Shown: in pieces, positions 1-8,074 of the stretch
Layout: each line of letters begins with the position of its first letter
Numbering within the stretch: position 1 is the stretch's first letter
Assembly: GCA_031429255.1 (NCBI GenBank)
Contig: JANOZF010000083.1
Span: 2,861-34,860 of the forward strand
Source of the DNA: Rubrivivax sp.
GTDB lineage: Bacteria > Pseudomonadota > Gammaproteobacteria > Burkholderiales > Burkholderiaceae_C
DNA: 32,000 nucleotides
Reading direction: 5' to 3'
Made by a program: the position numbers and the translations under genes
Notes under the pieces: generated by a model
What the model saw: only the letters and a program-made list of their open reading frames with translations
Told to the model about the DNA's origin: nothing
Database searches by the model: none

Positions 1-124
1 TTGCGAGGCGTCTTCGTTCGCTTGGAGGCGGCTGGGATGCCGCCAACGATGGCGCAGGGGCACGCTGACAAGCGAAAGCTACTCCGGCAGCGGCCTGAGG
101 GCAAGTGCCGCGGTGCCCGCACCC

Positions 125-709
125 CTAGAAGCGCATGGCGCCAGGCAGCCCAGCTACGCCGTCTGCGCTGACCAGACCGCGCCGCAAGCGCATGGCAAAG
201 CCCACGCGGTCCAGTTCAGCGTCGCTCAGCAAACGCGCAGCCATCGGCAGCAGTTCGCCTTCTTCGCGCGCAATGTGTTGCGCGTACATCTGTGCAAAGG
301 CCTGCACGTCTGCCAGCGCCAGCGGGGTGCTGGCGCCTGCTGCCACCTGCGCCAGCAAGGGCCGCAGCGCAGCCCAGCACGCTTCGAGGGCGCGGTGGTC
401 GGCGCAGAGTGCACCGGTCAGTTCACGAATGCACACCGCGTCAGACGCCGCCATCGATTCCAACAGGGCCGGAAAGAGGTCTTGTTCCTCGTCTTCGTGG
501 TGGTGGCGGCCGGCGGTGTCGAAGTAGCGCAGAACCGCGGCGGCCGCTTCCTGCGCGGGCCGGTCCGCGCCGTGGGCCACCAGGTGGGGAACCAAGCGCT
601 GCAGCATCGTGCACTGCGCCTGCACGCGGCCGTGGCAGGCCGCCAGCATCTCCAGCGGCACTTCAAAGCCGACAGCGGGTGCGCAATGGCCGGGCAGGTT
701 GTTTGACAT
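125..709 (-). CDS. hemerythrin (HHE cation-binding) domain protein
   Basis: Internal ATG at 707-709 of track ORF 125..937 gives 194 aa. His/Glu-rich helical motifs (CHGRVQAQ, GRHHHEDEEQDLFPAL, QHIAREEGELLP) are typical of bacterial hemerythrin-like proteins. The 76 codons upstream in the track ORF are Arg/Pro-rich and look non-coding. Confidence 0.7.
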   Translation of the reverse strand: MSNNLPGHCAPAVGFEVPLEMLAACHGRVQAQCTMLQRLVPHLVAHGADRPAQEAAAAVLRYFDTAGRHHHEDEEQDLFPALLESMAASDAVCIRELTGALCADHRALEACWAALRPLLAQVAAGASTPLALADVQAFAQMYAQHIAREEGELLPMAARLLSDAELDRVGFAMRLRRGLVSADGVAGLPGAMRF

Positions 710-935
710 GGATTTCCGTGGGGCCGTTTCCGTTGGACAGTGTCCGCTTGGCAGTTTCAGATTGGCAGGGCTGTCGCCCGAAGGTGGGCGCGAACGGTGG
801 GCGCTGCAAACCGCCCGCAGGCCCCGGCAACGATGGCGCTGCGCACCGTGTCGACCATACGCTTTGTTGCGGATGGACACAGCACCGATTCGCCTCTCCA
901 AATCAGGGTCCATGCGAGCAGACCCAGGAGCCGGC

Positions 936-1645
936 ATGCACCCGCCTCCCTTCAGCCCCTCTCGGCGTGTCTGGCTGCTGGGCGGCTCGGCACTGGCAGG
1001 CCTGTCGGCAGCCGGCTGTCTCAGCGTGCCGCCTTTGCCCCAGATCGCGGCTGGCAGCTGCAGCGCGGTGCTGACGCCGTTTCTGGCGGCAGCCGAGGTG
1101 CAAGGCTGCTTGGGCCCGCCCTGAACGTAACTTCGATGCGCACACCCATTTCTTCAATGCGCGGGACGTGCCGGTGGCCGGCTTTCTGGCCAAGTCGGGG
1201 GCGCACAGCATCCCGTCTGATGCGCTCAGGCAACTGGTCATCGCGCTGGCGCCGGTGGCCGAAGCCCATGGCCAGCCTGGCGCCGACGCCTGACGCTGAA
1301 TACCGGGAGCTTTGTGGCTGTGCGGCCCTGAAGGCCAACCGCCTGCAGGCGGACAGCGACGGGCTCGATGGTGAAATCGAAAGGCGCCTCGAGGACACCG
1401 CACGCCAGCTATACCAGCGCATCTTGCGTGAATGCGACGAGATTCCATGCCGCATCAATGCGGCCGCGGGCAGCGCCGCATCGGCCAGCCCGGGCGCCAG
1501 GAGCAACCCGGCACCCGCGTTCAGCGAAGCCTACGTGCGCCAGGCCCTGCGCGACGCTGGTGCCGTGCGTGCGCAGCAGACCGTGAGGATCAATTCGCCA
1601 GTCGCCCGGTCCGCGATCGCAACAGTGATCCTCAGGTCACCCTGA
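936..1645 (+). pseudogene. frameshifted gene: Tat/lipoprotein signal peptide followed by coding-like segments in two other frames
   Basis: ATG at 936 opens MHPPPFSPSRRVWLLGGSALAGLSAAGC (twin-Arg motif plus LSAAGC lipobox) and stops at 1124. By hand translation, frame 1 from 1075 to 1292 reads ...ERNFDAHTHFFNARDVPVAGFLAKSGAHSIPSDALRQLVIALAPVAEAHGQPGADA*. Frame 2 continues 1268..1645 (MASLAPTPDAEYRELCG...). Three consecutive frames each carry coding-like, GC3-rich sequence. Family not identified. Confidence 0.4.
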
Positions 1646-1899
1646 AGCTGCCGGCCAGCAACGGCCGCTCCTGTTTAGGGTTGTCGGACAGCTGCCCGCG
1701 CAAGCCGCAATGCCGCGGGCGACACCGAACTGAGGGCAGGTGTCGGACAAGCCTCGGGGGAGGAAACCGCGGGGCAAGCCGCAGTGGCGATCAATTGCGC
1801 GTTCCATGGCGATTGCGCGTGCCGACGGCGGTGAATGCCGCGATGCTCGGGGTGGGCTGTCGTTGCAGCTCGGTGCCGTTGACGATCGCGGGCCGGCTG

Positions 1900-2025
1900 T
1901 GGCTTGGGCGCGCTCAACAACTCGCTCGCCAGCCCCAGGCTGGCCTTGCGGCTGCCGTTGGCCAGCAGCCCGTAATGGCGGATGCGATGGAAGCCGCCCG
2001 GGGGCGAGCGTGACAGCGACTTCCT
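1900..2025 (-). mobile_element. IS91-family (Y2 rolling-circle) transposase remnant, C-terminal fragment only
   Basis: ORF 1675..2091(-) contains ...SRSPPGGFHRIRHYGLLANGSRKASLGLASELL, matching the diagnostic GFHRIRHYGLLA motif near the C-terminus of IS91/IS801/ISCR transposases. No upstream catalytic region (HUH, Y2) is present, and the flanking translation is Arg/Pro junk. Confidence 0.55.
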
Positions 2026-2121
2026 GCTTGCCCGATCCCGTGCGCGGCCCACTGACGTCCCCGGCGCCGCGCCGCGGCTGAAGTGGCTCACAATGCCGTC
2101 TTCTTTCGCGCAGGGAAAACG

Positions 2122-2595
2122 ATGAGCCGACCTGTCCTCGCCCCGTTAAACGCCGCCTTGCTGGCAGTTGTCTGCACCACCAGTTCGCCCTCGTGGGCCG
2201 CCCCAGGCGACAAGCCGGTCGCGCCCTTGCCCGCGGGCAAGCCGGGCGAGGACAAATTGCGCACACGCACCACGTCGCTGCCGGCCCAGGGCCTGTTCGT
2301 CCGCGATCAACTCAGTGAGTCGACCAAGGCCAAGCTGACCGAGCTGATATTGGGCTCGATCGGCATGCGCATCGAGATGGCGCTGCTGCTGCCGACCGGA
2401 AACTGGAAGATCGACGGTGCCGGCAAGGGTGACCGCGACCTGACGGCAGCCCGGTTGCAATCGTTGCGCCGCTTCCTCACCGACCGCGGTGTGGACCCGA
2501 AGAAGATCTTTGTCGAGAGCCGCGTCGACCCCAAGATCAAGACCCCCCGGCTCGACGTGCAACTCGTCGTCTCGACGCCGCCGCCAGTCGACTGA
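2122..2595 (+). CDS. secreted protein with divergent OmpA-like C-terminal domain
   Basis: Internal ATG at 2122. Signal peptide MSRPVLAPLNAALLAVVCTTSSPSWA. The C-terminal segment DLTAARLQSLRRFLTDRGVDPKKIFVESR resembles the LS..RA..V...L...GV...ri helix-loop of OmpA/MotB-like domains. Confidence 0.5.
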   Translation: MSRPVLAPLNAALLAVVCTTSSPSWAAPGDKPVAPLPAGKPGEDKLRTRTTSLPAQGLFVRDQLSESTKAKLTELILGSIGMRIEMALLLPTGNWKIDGAGKGDRDLTAARLQSLRRFLTDRGVDPKKIFVESRVDPKIKTPRLDVQLVVSTPPPVD

Positions 2596-2621
2596 CCCCT
2601 TGACCGCGACCGGCCGCCTGC

Positions 2622-4163
2622 TCAGAGCGGCGGCGCGCGGCCGACCTGCCGGTACAGCTCGGCGGCCGGCACGACGCGACCCTGCAGCGGCAGGATGCGT
2701 TGCGGCACCAGCCCCAGGCGGTCGAGGTTCTGCACCAGATTCAGGTGGTTGGCATTTGGCACTGCAGGCGCTGGCGCACCGGCGGCGCCTGGCGTGTAGG
2801 CATCGGCCTGGATCAGCAGCTGCTCACGCGGCAGCCACACCATCAGCAGACCGCGCGCGTGGATGCTGTCTTTCAGTTCGTGGATTTCGACCAGCTGCTG
2901 CGCGTCGTCGAGCACCATCTTGCCCTCGACGGCGACGAAGCCTGGCTTGCGCTCGGCTGCCGCCGGGGCCCCTGGCGCCTGCGACTGCGCCTGCGCCTGC
3001 GACTGCGCGTGCGACTGCGCCTGCGGCTGCGGTTGGAGCCGGGGCGCCGCGAATACGGCTTCGAAGTAGCGCCTGGCCGGCGCGCTGGCAACGATCGTGG
3101 CGCCTTCGGCGGCCGCAAAGCGCAGGCCGCCAGCGTGGTCGAAATGGTGGTGCGTGTTGATGACGGTCAGCGCCCGCTTGCCCGGCACCAGCTGGTTGGT
3201 CGCGTCGAGCACTGCGCGCGCACGCGCTTCGCTCAGCGGTGCTTCGACAAGCACCATCTGCGCCGCCATCTCGATGGCCACGCTGTTGTGCGTGCCGCCG
3301 CCGAGGAACCACACGCCGTCGGCCACCTTCTCCACGCTGACGGATTCGCTCGCCGCGCGCACGTTGTCGGGTGTGGTGATCTCGACCGGCTCGTCGGCCT
3401 CGACAGCGCCAACCTCGAGGTCGAGCGCGGCGAAACCGCCCTGGTGCTGCACGATGCGCGACGGCACCACCAGACCCGCCTGCGACCGGTAGTCCAGGAA
3501 CTGCGTCACCACTGGCATCACGCCCAGCACGGGGTGCGGCACGCTAGCTTCAATGCGTGAGATCAGCCCCGTGTCCTCCAGCACCAGCGTGGCGCTGAAC
3601 TGCCCCGGCAGTGTGAAGCTGAGCGTGTCCCAGCGGCGCAGAAACTCACGGCGCACGCCGGCACACGCGCCGGCTCGCGCGGCGGCCTTGACGGCGCCTT
3701 GCGGCGAGCTCGTCCACAGGTCGTGCACGCGCATGGCCAGGGCGGCCGGCGCTGGCACGGTGGCCACGCCCACCACGTTCCACGCATGATCTGCGCTGGC
3801 CAGCACCACCCCGCGCGCCTCGCCGCTGCCCATCAGCGGCACCGCGCCACCGCCCAGCGGTTCGCTGCGGCTGAGGATGAATTCTTCGCGGAAGCGTGCG
3901 GTCTCGAAGTTCAGCGATCGCGACAACGCCGTCAGGCGCAGCCCCGGCCAAGGCAGGCCGGGGGCGTAGGCCTGGCCCACGCTGGCGGCGGTGCCACGCC
4001 CGGAGACGGTCAAGGTTTTCAACGCGGCACTGCCCATCGCCTCCTCGGCACGGGCCATCAGCGCCGCCGTCTGCGCTTCGGGGCTCAGCGTCGTGCAGCC
4101 GGCCAGGCCGAGGCAGCCGCAGACCAGGGTCAGTTGAAGAGGCCATCGGTGGCTGGGTGTCAT
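2622..4163 (-). CDS. MBL-fold metallo-hydrolase lipoprotein (N-terminal unknown domain plus C-terminal metallo-beta-lactamase fold)
   Basis: Internal ATG at 4161-4163. Lipoprotein signal MTPSHRWPLQLTLVCGCLGLAGC. HxHxDH zinc motif present (NTHHHFDHAGG). 513 aa. The 143-codon N-terminal extension of the track ORF overlaps the neighbouring pseudogene and looks non-coding. Confidence 0.8.
   Translation of the reverse strand: MTPSHRWPLQLTLVCGCLGLAGCTTLSPEAQTAALMARAEEAMGSAALKTLTVSGRGTAASVGQAYAPGLPWPGLRLTALSRSLNFETARFREEFILSRSEPLGGGAVPLMGSGEARGVVLASADHAWNVVGVATVPAPAALAMRVHDLWTSSPQGAVKAAARAGACAGVRREFLRRWDTLSFTLPGQFSATLVLEDTGLISRIEASVPHPVLGVMPVVTQFLDYRSQAGLVVPSRIVQHQGGFAALDLEVGAVEADEPVEITTPDNVRAASESVSVEKVADGVWFLGGGTHNSVAIEMAAQMVLVEAPLSEARARAVLDATNQLVPGKRALTVINTHHHFDHAGGLRFAAAEGATIVASAPARRYFEAVFAAPRLQPQPQAQSHAQSQAQAQSQAPGAPAAAERKPGFVAVEGKMVLDDAQQLVEIHELKDSIHARGLLMVWLPREQLLIQADAYTPGAAGAPAPAVPNANHLNLVQNLDRLGLVPQRILPLQGRVVPAAELYRQVGRAPPL
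2979..3032. repeat. hexanucleotide tandem repeat (ctgcgN)x9 inside the MBL-fold CDS, encoding a (Gln-X)n tract
   Basis: Read directly: ctgcga ctgcgc ctgcgc ctgcga ctgcgc gtgcga ctgcgc ctgcgg ctgcgg. On the minus strand this translates to QPQPQAQSHAQSQAQAQSQ. Confidence 0.9.
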
Positions 4164-4261
4164 GTCGGTGATTGATGCACGGGGGTGTGTAGGTAGGTCT
4201 GCGAGCGGCCGATCAGAGTTCGTGCAGGGCTGGCTGGACGTTAGCCCGCTGCCGGCCACTC

Positions 4262-5510
4262 TCAGGTGGCAGCCAGATGCTGCGCCAGGAAACGCTCGAC
4301 CCGGGTCCAGAAATCGACAGCGGAATCGGTGTGCATCCAGCCGTGCGCCTCTTCGGGGTAGAGCAGCGACTGCAGGTGCGGATTGTGGGCCTTCAGCACA
4401 TCGCGCAGGATCTCGAAGTGCACCACGGGCACACGCGCGTCCCAGCCACCATGGGCCAGCAGCAACGGGTTGCGCAGCCGGGCAGCCTGCTGCAAGGGTG
4501 AATGTTGCTTCAGCATCTCTGCGTCGGCCACCGGGTCGCCCAACTGCCGGGGCAGGCCATAACGCTTGGTCTCGCCCAGGATGTCGCTCCAACCTACGCC
4601 GTACATCATCTGCGAGTCCGTCACGGCGGCCCAGGCCACGCCGGCACGAAACAGCCCGGGCTCTTGCACCAGCCCCAACAGCGTGCCGTAACCACGATAG
4701 CAGGCGTCAAGCAACGCGATGCGCGCCGGGTCGGCCACCTTTTGCTCTATCGCCCAGCACGCGCCGTCGGCCAGGTCGGTGTGCATCGCCTGGCCGTATC
4801 GAAGACCCAGTGCTGGGCATGCAGCGGCCCCGCCATGTCGCGGTCGACGCCGTTGCGCGTGTTCAGCCAGCGCAGCTCGCAAGGGCCGATGCGCTGGCTG
4901 CTGACTTCCTCGGGCCTGTGAACCAGCACCTCGTCGCCGAGCTCGAGGCTGGGCTGATGCAGCAAGCTGAAGTGCCAGTGCAGCGCGGCACGGTCGCCGC
5001 TGCCCGCGGACAGCCCGCCGCGGGGCCGGGTCTCCACCAATTCGCGGATCGAGCGGCCATGGGCATCGACGGCAAACAGGCCAGCGCCAGAGTCCACCCG
5101 CTGGAAGCCGGTCAGCTTGATCTCGGTATCGAACACCAGGCGCGTGTCGTTGACCCAGCTGATGTCACGGATGTGCCTGTCCGTGATGGCGGCCACGGCA
5201 CGGGACTTCAGCGTCTGCAAGACCAGCACGGCCAGCGTGCGTGCCCGTGGCCGGCCGGCGTGACCTGCAACGTAACCTGGGTACGCAGTGGTGACAACAG
5301 GGCCAGACCCAGCAAGGGCCGACTGACAAAGGCCGCGATCGGTGGCGGCGCGGCAGCTCCTGGGGCGGCCCATGCGGCAGCCGATGCAGCGCCGGCTGCG
5401 TCAGCGCTCGCACCCCCGTTCAACGGCGCCGGTGGTAACTGCGCCACCACGCTGCCGTGCCAGCCGCCAGCCAGCGTGAGCGTTCCGAAAACGGCTTCGC
5501 GGTGGTCCAT
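4262..5510 (-). pseudogene. S9 (prolyl oligopeptidase family) serine peptidase pseudogene: at least 2 frameshifts plus a large internal deletion
   Basis: Three overlapping minus-strand ORFs in three frames. 5208..5510 carries the N-terminus (...PPIAAFVSRPLLGLALLSP). 4747..5373 carries the propeller part (ITDRHIRDISWVNDTRLVFDTE...RWLNTRNGVD...HWVFDT). 4262..4882 carries the C-terminal hydrolase part (DGACWAIEQKVADPARIALLDACYRGYG...LLAHGGWDARVPVVH...EEAHGW). Total is ~415 codons, versus the ~650 I expect for this family. The nucleophile motif GxSxGG reads DACYRGYG, so the Ser is replaced. Confidence 0.7.
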
Positions 5511-5748
5511 GGCGGGGCCGGCTGGTTGGCGAAGTCGCCGATCTCGCCAACGAAGTCCGAACGTTTGCGCTGGCTGATGCGGACCTCGAACCCACGCGCT
5601 TCATAGTAGTCGGTGAGGTTGGTCACGCGGGGCCCCAATCGACTGGTTGCGTCCTGCGGCGGTGCGGAGCAAAGCCAAGCGGGCAGCTCTGGGGATACCG
5701 GTCGGGGCGTGATGCGGGGGGCTCAGGCCATTGGCCAGGAGGTAAGGC

Positions 5749-6129
5749 GGGCACCTCCAGGACGAAAGCCAACTCCCCCAGTTGCACGAGGCGCCGTGCC
5801 TCGGCGGCATCGTCGAACCGCACATAGGCAAACATGCCGTGCGCTTCGATCGTCGCCAACACATCGGCGCCCAGGTTCAGGTCACGGTCGCGATAGCTCG
5901 CGCCGGTGTCCAGGTTGACCAGTCCTGCCGGCAGTGCCCGCGTGTGCGATGCCGTGTCCCACATGCTCAACAGGTAGCTCAGCGCGTACAAGGCCGGAAG
6001 GAACAGCAGGCCTACGCCCGCGATGGCCTGCTTGCGGTGGCTCTGCAGCAGCAGCCACTCGTAGCGAAGCACCTCGCGGACAGCCCACCACCAAGCCCTG
6101 TCTTCCCACCCCCGCGTGTGGCGCACCAT
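5749..6129 (-). pseudogene. ABC-2 type transporter permease, 5' fragment only
   Basis: ORF 5623..6186(-) contains REVLRYEWLLLQSHRKQAIAGVGLLFLPALYALSYLLSMWD...LPAGLVNLDTGASYRDRDL...FDDAAEARRLVQLGELAFVLEVP. This pattern matches the N-terminal TM1 plus periplasmic loop of YhhJ/ABC-2 permeases. Similarity ends around residue 146, and the remaining ~230 aa with the other TM helices are absent. Confidence 0.5.
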
Positions 6130-6222
6130 GCGCCCTCTTCGGGGCATTGTGAAGCCGAGTCCTGGCGCTGGCGGCGGCTGCGTCAACGTCGCTCGAACGG
6201 GCCACCGCCCGCGGACGGCCGA

Positions 6223-6252
6223 GCCGTTGTCGCCCTGCAGGCCAACAACGGC
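6223..6252 (-). terminator. GC-rich hairpin directly after the TAG at 6253-6255
   Basis: gccgttgt (6223-6230) pairs with acaacggc (6245-6252), giving an 8-bp stem and 14-nt loop. No U-tract. Its position abuts the stop codon of the 38-codon in-frame extension of the metallophosphoesterase ORF. Confidence 0.3.
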
Positions 6253-6369
6253 CTATGCGCGCAACGCGTCGGCCAGTTGGTAGGCCGGCCCGCGGCTGAT
6301 GCGCTCGAAGTACGAACGGTGCGCGTCGCTGCCCGTGGGCCATTGCGCGGTGAAGCGGCATCGCATCTC

Positions 6370-7293
6370 TTACGCGTCGACTTCAATGGCGATGGCATCG
6401 ATGTGCACGCCCGCCTGCACGGCGCCGAAACGCCGCTGCGGGCCCACGAACGGGCGCAAGGCGATGCGTGTCAACAAGCCCGCGCCGTCGCTCGCAAAGT
6501 TGGGCATGCCGGCGGCGCCGTTGTTGCAGACCCAGCGCGTTGAAGTCCCGATGGAAGCCCCACCATGCAGTGCCTGAAACATCGGCAGGCAGGTGTGCGT
6601 GCAGGCAAACACGTCCACGCCGGCATCGTCGAACCAGGTGCGCACGGTGTCGCGGTGGTCGGCGTCAAGCAGGTGCTCTTGCGCAAAACCCCAGCCTGCC
6701 AGCGACGTGGCGTCGCCATGCACGATGCCGATGCGCAAGCCGCCGACATCGGCGCGCAGCCACATCGGCAAGGCCGCCAGTTGGGCGCGCTGCGCCGGGT
6801 CCACGGCAGTGCGCAGGCGCTGCAGGATGCGGTTCGACCGTTCGACGACCTCGTCGCCCACCCAGCTTGGGTAGGCGCAGCCGCAGCCAGCGTCGGCGGC
6901 CGCCGTGTCGTCTGCCAGTTCGGTCTCGACATTGCCGCGCAGCGCGTGGTGGGCCAGCACCGCGCGCTGCACCTGGTCGAAGACGGCCGGGTCGGCGTCG
7001 AACCAATGGAAGTCGCCGTTGAACACCAACCGCTTGGCGCCGCGTTCGCCGTCGAACAAGCGCAGCACCTCGTGCAGCGCGAGTTCATTGCCGTACAGCC
7101 CGCCGACGATGTACAGCACCTCGGCGTTGCTCAACGGGGCCGCCGCCTCGCTGGCGAACACCGAAGGCGCGTAGCGGTAGTGCAGCGGGCAACTGCGGCC
7201 TGCGGATTCAGTTTGTGGTGCGGATGTGTTCAGCGCGGTCTCCGGTTCGGCTGGCAGGCGCTTGCGCAAGGCCCGCGGCGGTGACGGGCCCAC
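6370..7293 (-). CDS. calcineurin-like metallophosphoesterase-family protein (non-canonical motifs); start uncertain; possibly truncated by a premature TAA
   Basis: Motif series at calcineurin-like spacing: IVGGLYGN, VFNGDFHWFD, LRGNVETE, IVHGD, ACTHTC. It is the last gene of the phnDEC-like operon. The ATG at 7368 would overlap phnC by 160 nt, so in-frame GTGs at 7293 or 7314 are alternatives, though none has a clear Shine-Dalgarno sequence. Confidence 0.55.
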   Translation of the reverse strand: MGPSPPRALRKRLPAEPETALNTSAPQTESAGRSCPLHYRYAPSVFASEAAAPLSNAEVLYIVGGLYGNELALHEVLRLFDGERGAKRLVFNGDFHWFDADPAVFDQVQRAVLAHHALRGNVETELADDTAAADAGCGCAYPSWVGDEVVERSNRILQRLRTAVDPAQRAQLAALPMWLRADVGGLRIGIVHGDATSLAGWGFAQEHLLDADHRDTVRTWFDDAGVDVFACTHTCLPMFQALHGGASIGTSTRWVCNNGAAGMPNFASDGAGLLTRIALRPFVGPQRRFGAVQAGVHIDAIAIEVDA

Positions 7294-8074
7294 CGTCAGC
7301 AAGGTGGTCGGCACCGAGCGCGCGCGGCGGCCCGTACAGCGCGGCCAGTGCAGCGGGGTCGAGGTCATTCAGCGGCTTGTCGAAGACGACCCGGCCGGCG
7401 GCCAAGCCGATCACGCGGTCGGCCAGCAAAGGCAGCAGTGCGGGGTCGTGCACGACGACCATCAACGTGGCCGACGCTGCAGCCTGGCGCAGCGCACGGC
7501 AGGCCTGCGCGGTGGCAGCAGGGTCCAGCGCCGAGGTTGGCTCGTCGGCAAGCACCAGCCGCGGGCGCTGCAGCAGCAGCCGGGCGATGCCCACCTTCTG
7601 CCGTTCGCCGCCCGAGAGCCGGTCAGCCCGCGCGTCGGCCAAGCCGGCCACGCCCAGCAGGGCCAGCGCCGCGTCGGCCTCGGCCCGCAGCGCGTGCGGG
7701 TGCAAGCGCGCCCAGCTGCGCCAGCCGGCGGCGCCATCGGGCCGGGCCAGTGCGCCGATCAGCACGTTTTCGCGCGCGGTCAGCCGCGGCACGAGGTGCA
7801 GGCCTTGCATGACTTGGCCGACTTCTGCGCGCAGCGCGCGCCAGCCGCTGCGGCTCAACTGGGTGCGCGCGCCGAAGTGGCGGCCCAGCAGTTCGACATC
7901 GCCCTGCACCGGCACCACGAAGCCGCTCAGCACCCGCAGCAGCGTGCTCTTGCCGGCGCCGTTGGGGCCGATCAGGGCCACGCGCTCGCCGTCAGCGATC
8001 TCCAGGTGCGGCACCTGCAGCAGCGTGCGCCCGCCGGCCTGGACGAGCAGGTCGGTGACCCGAACCGCCCTCAC
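7208..8074 (-). CDS. phnC: phosphonate/phosphite-type ABC transporter ATP-binding protein
   Basis: Walker A GPNGAGKST, ABC signature LSGGERQK, Walker B LVLADEPTSALD. The GTG start overlaps the upstream gene's stop (GTGA at 8071-8074). Confidence 0.8.
   Translation of the reverse strand: MRAVRVTDLLVQAGGRTLLQVPHLEIADGERVALIGPNGAGKSTLLRVLSGFVVPVQGDVELLGRHFGARTQLSRSGWRALRAEVGQVMQGLHLVPRLTARENVLIGALARPDGAAGWRSWARLHPHALRAEADAALALLGVAGLADARADRLSGGERQKVGIARLLLQRPRLVLADEPTSALDPAATAQACRALRQAAASATLMVVVHDPALLPLLADRVIGLAAGRVVFDKPLNDLDPAALAALYGPPRALGADHLADGGPVTAAGLAQAPASRTGDRAEHIRTTN

Noticed and set aside
700-716. FNR/Dnr-type box (TTGAT-N4-ATCAA) near the hemerythrin gene start (ttgacatggatttc)
   Set aside because: Only the left half-site resembles the consensus. 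The right half (atttc) does not, and the sequence overlaps the start codon rather than lying upstream.
740-1645. ORF 740..1645 as a single 301-aa CDS
   Set aside because: The N-terminal ~175 residues are Arg/Ser/Trp-rich junk. They overlap better-looking reading frames: the Tat-lipoprotein signal in frame 0 and FDAHTHFFNARDVPVAGFL in frame 1. Only the last ~125 codons look coding, so I treat the region as a frameshifted pseudogene.
2622-4163. MBL-fold lipoprotein as an acquired metallo-beta-lactamase (resistance gene) because of the nearby IS91/ISCR fossil
   Set aside because: The HxHxDH motif only defines the very broad MBL-fold superfamily. A 513-aa size, a ~270-aa N-terminal extra domain and the lipoprotein anchor do not fit class B beta-lactamases. 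There is no basis for a resistance call.
2622-4592. Full 656-aa version of the MBL-fold ORF
   Set aside because: The first 143 residues are Arg/Pro/Ala-rich and overlap the S9 pseudogene. The internal ATG at 4163 is followed immediately by a textbook lipoprotein signal peptide (LAGC lipobox).
6370-7368. Taking the track start ATG 7368 for the metallophosphoesterase-like gene (332 aa)
   Set aside because: It would overlap phnC by 160 nt, and the first ~45 residues (MTSTPLHWPRCTGRRARSVPTT...) look like out-of-frame phnC sequence. I give a shorter model with an explicitly uncertain start.
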